Part shown: piece by piece, positions 60,407 through 64,000 of the stretch
How positions within the stretch are numbered: the first letter of the stretch is position 1
Layout: each line of letters starts with the position of its first letter
Source of the DNA: Anaerolineae bacterium
Lineage (GTDB): Bacteria > Chloroflexota > Anaerolineae > Epilineales > JAHCIE01
DNA length: 64,000 nucleotides
Assembly: GCA_039810085.1 (NCBI GenBank)
Contig: JBDHWG010000006.1
Coordinates: forward strand, 85,265 to 149,264
Reading direction: 5' to 3'
Notes under the pieces: model-generated
The model's database searches: none
What the model was told of the DNA's origin: nothing
Seen by the model: the letters and a program-made list of their open reading frames with translations, nothing else
Program-made: the position numbers and the translations under genes

Positions 60407-61490
60407 GACTGTTACCGCGATGGCGGCCCGCTTCGCCAAGCCCGAGGTACGCGCCCTGAGCGCCTACCATCTCGACCCGCACACGGTCAGCATCAAGCTC
60501 AATCAGAACGAAAACGCTGCGGGCTTCCCCGATGAGCTGAAAGAGGAAGTCTGGCGGCGCATCCGCAGCCTGGATTGGGCGCGCTACCCGGACTTCCACC
60601 TGACGGCCATCACCGCCCGCCTGGCTGCCCATGCGGGCGTTCCGCCGGAGTGGATCCTGGTCGGCAACGGCTCGAACGAAGTCTTGCAGATGACGCTCCT
60701 GACCACCGTCGGGCGCGGCGACAGCGTCGTCATTCCGGCGCCGACGTTCACGCTCTACAAGCTCCAGGCGACGGCGGTGGGCGCAGCGGCGCATGCCTTG
60801 CAACTCGAGCCGGCCGAGAATTTCGCCCTCTCTGCGTCGGCGGTCATCGACCTGGCGCGGCGTCATGCGGCGAAGGTCGTCGTCGTCTGCTCGCCCAACA
60901 ATCCCACGGGCACGCAGTACGCCGAGGACACGCTGCGCGAAATTTGCGAGAACGTGGACGGGCTGGTTTTGCTCGACGAAGCCTACCGCGAGTTCTGCGA
61001 CCAGGACCTCGTACCGCTGCTCGACCAGTACGACAACATCGTTCTCTTCCGCACCTTCTCCAAGGCGCTGGCAATGGCCGGGCTGCGCGTTGGCTACTGT
61101 ATCACCCGGCCCGACCTGGCGCGGGAGATTGGCAAGGTCAAGCTGCCCTACGCCCTCAACATCGTCTCGGAGGCCGTGACCCTGGCCGCCCTGGACCGCC
61201 CCGACCTCTTCGCGCCAACGATTGAGATGGCGCGCCGCGAGCGGCGGCGGATGAGCGATGCGCTCGCAGCGATGCCCGGCGTACATGTGTACCCGTCGGC
61301 GGCGAACTTCGTCCTGGCGCGCTTCGACGCGGGCGCGGCCAACGTCTTCGACCGTCTGCTGGCGCACAGCATCCTGGTGCGGGATGTCAGCCACTATCCG
61401 GGCCTGGCAAACCATCTGCGCATCAGCATCGGGACACCGGCCGAGAATGACGCGCTCCTCGCAGCGCTGCGCGATACCCACGGGAGTTAG
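60396..61490 (+). CDS. hisC: Histidinol-phosphate aminotransferase
   Basis: Class II aminotransferase. YHLDPHTVSIKLNQNENAAGFP, PNNPTG and the PLP-lysine motif FSKALAMAGLRVGY. Confidence 0.9.
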   Translation: MTTETVTAMAARFAKPEVRALSAYHLDPHTVSIKLNQNENAAGFPDELKEEVWRRIRSLDWARYPDFHLTAITARLAAHAGVPPEWILVGNGSNEVLQMTLLTTVGRGDSVVIPAPTFTLYKLQATAVGAAAHALQLEPAENFALSASAVIDLARRHAAKVVVVCSPNNPTGTQYAEDTLREICENVDGLVLLDEAYREFCDQDLVPLLDQYDNIVLFRTFSKALAMAGLRVGYCITRPDLAREIGKVKLPYALNIVSEAVTLAALDRPDLFAPTIEMARRERRRMSDALAAMPGVHVYPSAANFVLARFDAGAANVFDRLLAHSILVRDVSHYPGLANHLRISIGTPAENDALLAALRDTHGS

Positions 61491-61540
61491 GTTTTTCTGT
61501 GATCGAATTATGTCGCGCGTAGCGCGCCCAAGGAGCGAGA

Positions 61541-62899
61541 ATGATTCCAGCTCAGCCAATCAATATACGCTGCCCGCAATGCGGCCAATCCTTTACCGCC
61601 AATGTTCAAAGCATCGTGGATGTTGGCGAGACTCCGGCGCTCAAAGAGGCGCTGCTGGCCGGGACACTGAACGTCTTTACCTGCCCGAACTGCGGCGCGC
61701 GCGGTCGCCTCGGCACGCCCCTGCTGTACCACGACCCGAGCAAGGAGCTGGCTATCGCGTACATCCCGATGGAGTTGAACCTCGCCGGACCCGACCAGGA
61801 GAAACTCATCGGCAGCTTGAGCAACGCCCTCATCGACGCGCTGCCGCCCGAGAAGCGCAAGTTCTATATTCTCAGCCCACGCACGGCTCTGACGTGGCAA
61901 GGGCTGATCGAGACTATCCTGGAGACCGACGGCATCACGCGAGAGATGATCGAGGAGCAAGCCAGCCGCGTGCGCATGTTAACGGAGATGATCGACGCGG
62001 TTGGGCGCGATGAGAGCTTGAACAAGCTCATCGAGGACAACCGGGACCTCATCGACTACGATTTCTTCCTGCTGATTGCGGGCGCGCTCGAGGACGCCCA
62101 GGTGAGCGGGGATGAGCTGCGGGCCCGACGCCTGACAAAGCTGCGCGACCGACTGCTGGCTGAGGTCGGCGAAGAGGAAGCGCCGCTGCCCAAGCCGCTG
62201 GGCGAGAACGTGTCGCCGAGCGAGGCCGTGGACATGTTCCTCGCGCTGCCGGAAGAAGAGATCCTTCCCAACGTCGCCGCCAACCGGCCGCTGCTGGATT
62301 ACGCCTTCTTCCAGACGCTCACCGGACGGATAGAAGCCACCGAGGGCACGGGCGATACTGAGGAAGCAGCGCGCCTGAAGACCCTGCGCCAGCGCATCCT
62401 GGACGCCGCCGAAACGGTGGACCGCGAGATGGAGGCCAGCCTGCGCCAGGGCGCCAATCTGCTCCAGAAGATCCTGGAGAGCGAGGACCCGCAGCAGATA
62501 GTTCAGGAACACCTGGACGAGATTGACGATGCGTTCCTCCTCGTGCTAGGCGCCAACATCAATCAGGCGCACCAGGACGGCAAGGCGGAAATCGCCCAGG
62601 CGCTGGAAGGGCTGTATGCCTACATCCTCTCGCGCCTCGAAGCCAACCTGCCGCCTGAGCTTCAGTTGGTCAATCGCCTGTTGCGTCTCAACGATGCCGA
62701 GCAACGCGCCGAAGTTCTCGACAGCGAGCCTAGCCTCGTCTCCCCCGAACTCGCGGACCTGTTCGACCGCATCGCCGAGGACAGCCTGGCGCGCAGCCGG
62801 CCGGACGTGGCCGAGCAGGCGCGGGCCGTCGCGGGAGAGATACGCGCTCGGCTGGCTAGCGGGGCCGCGACGCCGAGTGGGGCGAAGCCAGAGGCATGA
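61541..62899 (+). CDS. CpXC-domain protein (N-terminal zinc ribbon CPQCG...CPNCG) with long alpha-helical C-terminal region, unknown function
   Basis: Two CPxCG pairs in the first 55 aa, the remainder acidic and helical. AAGGAG RBS. ATGA overlap into hisB. Confidence 0.6.
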   Translation: MIPAQPINIRCPQCGQSFTANVQSIVDVGETPALKEALLAGTLNVFTCPNCGARGRLGTPLLYHDPSKELAIAYIPMELNLAGPDQEKLIGSLSNALIDALPPEKRKFYILSPRTALTWQGLIETILETDGITREMIEEQASRVRMLTEMIDAVGRDESLNKLIEDNRDLIDYDFFLLIAGALEDAQVSGDELRARRLTKLRDRLLAEVGEEEAPLPKPLGENVSPSEAVDMFLALPEEEILPNVAANRPLLDYAFFQTLTGRIEATEGTGDTEEAARLKTLRQRILDAAETVDREMEASLRQGANLLQKILESEDPQQIVQEHLDEIDDAFLLVLGANINQAHQDGKAEIAQALEGLYAYILSRLEANLPPELQLVNRLLRLNDAEQRAEVLDSEPSLVSPELADLFDRIAEDSLARSRPDVAEQARAVAGEIRARLASGAATPSGAKPEA

Positions 62900-63516
62900 C
62901 CATGAGCGTGCAGAATGCGACAGACATCCGTTCGGCCCATGTGGAGCGGACCACGGTCGAGACAAGCGTCAACGTGACAGTGGTCCTGGACGGCGACGGA
63001 CACGCCGATGTCAGCACGGGCGTTGGCTTCTTCGACCACATGCTCGTCCTGCTGGCGCACCACAGCCTGATGGACCTGACCGTCCGCGCCCAGGGCGACA
63101 CGCACGTCGACGACCACCACACCGTCGAGGATGTCGGCATCGCCCTCGGCCAGGCCATCCTACAGGCCCTTGGGGGGCGCACCGGTATCCGACGCTACGG
63201 CCACGCTCTCACGCCGATGGATGAGGCGCTGGCGATGGTTGCGATTGACCTGTCAGGCCGCCCGTTCCTGGCGTTCGACGCGGCGTTCCCATCGGCCAAG
63301 ATCGGGACGTTCGACACCGAGCTAGTGCGCGAGTTCTTCAACGCCCTGGCGGTCAACAGCCGCATGACGCTCCACGTTCGCGCGCTGGCGGGGCTGAACA
63401 GCCACCACATCGCCGAAGCCATCTTCAAGGGGTTCGGCCACGCCGTGCGGGAGGCAGTCGCAGCGGACCCGCGCCGTAGCGGTATCCCCAGCACAAAAGG
63501 CTCGCTGGAGGGCTAA
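62896..63516 (+). CDS. hisB: Imidazoleglycerol-phosphate dehydratase (monofunctional)
   Basis: [11 protein letters not shown]...[40 protein letters not shown], a canonical IGPD with no N-terminal HAD phosphatase domain. Confidence 0.95.
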   Translation: MTMSVQNATDIRSAHVERTTVETSVNVTVVLDGDGHADVSTGVGFFDHMLVLLAHHSLMDLTVRAQGDTHVDDHHTVEDVGIALGQAILQALGGRTGIRRYGHALTPMDEALAMVAIDLSGRPFLAFDAAFPSAKIGTFDTELVREFFNALAVNSRMTLHVRALAGLNSHHIAEAIFKGFGHAVREAVAADPRRSGIPSTKGSLEG

Positions 63517-63517
63517 C

Positions 63518-64000
63518 ATGCTTGCCATTGTCGACTATGGAGGCTCCAATCTCCGGTCCGTGCAGAAAGCGTTCGAGCACGAGACGCAGGACGTCATCGT
63601 CACGGGCGATCCGCGCTTGATTGCCCAGGCCGACGCCATCGTGTTTCCCGGCCAGGGCGCATTCGGCGACGCCATGCGTAACCTGCACGAGCATGGCCTG
63701 GTCGAGCCGCTGCGCGACGCCGTGGACAGCGGCAAGCCGTTCTTCGGCATCTGCCTCGGCCTCCAGATGCTCTTCGAGGAGAGCGACGAGATGGGCCGCC
63801 ACAAAGGGCTAGGCGTGCTGCCGGGCCGCGTCGAGCGCTTGCAGACGAGGGAGAAGATTCCCCACATTGGGTGGAACCAGATTCACCCGGCGCGGGAGCA
63901 TCCGCTGCTCGCCGGTATCGCGCCTGGCGCGTATGCCTACTTCGACCACTCGTACGCCGTCTGTCCCGCGGACCCGAGCCTGACCCTGGCGACGACGGAC
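63518..64000 (+). CDS. hisH: Imidazole glycerol phosphate synthase, glutamine amidotransferase subunit (partial, continues beyond window)
   Basis: MLAIVDYGGSNLRSV...GKPFFGICLGLQMLF, a class I GATase with catalytic Cys in GICLG. Confidence 0.9.
   Translation, partial: MLAIVDYGGSNLRSVQKAFEHETQDVIVTGDPRLIAQADAIVFPGQGAFGDAMRNLHEHGLVEPLRDAVDSGKPFFGICLGLQMLFEESDEMGRHKGLGVLPGRVERLQTREKIPHIGWNQIHPAREHPLLAGIAPGAYAYFDHSYAVCPADPSLTLATTD

Overview
High-GC (~65%) bacterial chromosomal window that is densely coding (about 54 protein genes, one tRNA, no rRNA, CRISPR or transposase). The gene content suggests a Chloroflexota/Thermomicrobia-like organism: F420-type LLM oxidoreductases, citramalate synthase, a DUF4058 protein and a flotillin. 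This is inference only. There are two biosynthetic backbones. (1) A branched-chain amino-acid supercluster: ILV-rich leader peptide plus attenuator, then ilvB, ilvN, ilvC, leuA, leuC, a MazEF-type toxin-antitoxin cassette nested between leuC and leuD, leuD and cimA. (2) A histidine operon, hisZ-hisG-hisD-[ADP-ribosylglycohydrolase]-hisC-[CpXC protein]-hisB-hisH, in which two non-canonical genes sit in line and hisB is monofunctional. Other content: malQ, an hsp20-lon heat-shock operon, an orphan family-5 substrate-binding protein, a CaiB-type CoA transferase, an ArsR-fusion regulator with an MFS transporter and a heterodimeric ABC exporter pair, tRNA-Gln(UUG), a flotillin, GH3 and GH1 beta-glucosidases, a flavin monooxygenase, a tungsten-type aldehyde:ferredoxin oxidoreductase with fadD, a PhaR/phasin/patatin cluster, an F420/LLM-nitroreductase-epimerase block, an RCC1-repeat secreted protein and a ChlI-ChlD-like AAA+/vWA fusion. 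At the DNA level I see two families of short hairpin-forming dispersed repeats, several near-consensus sigma70-type promoters, intrinsic terminators and candidate operator palindromes. Most long antisense ORFs in the supplied track are GC-driven artefacts.
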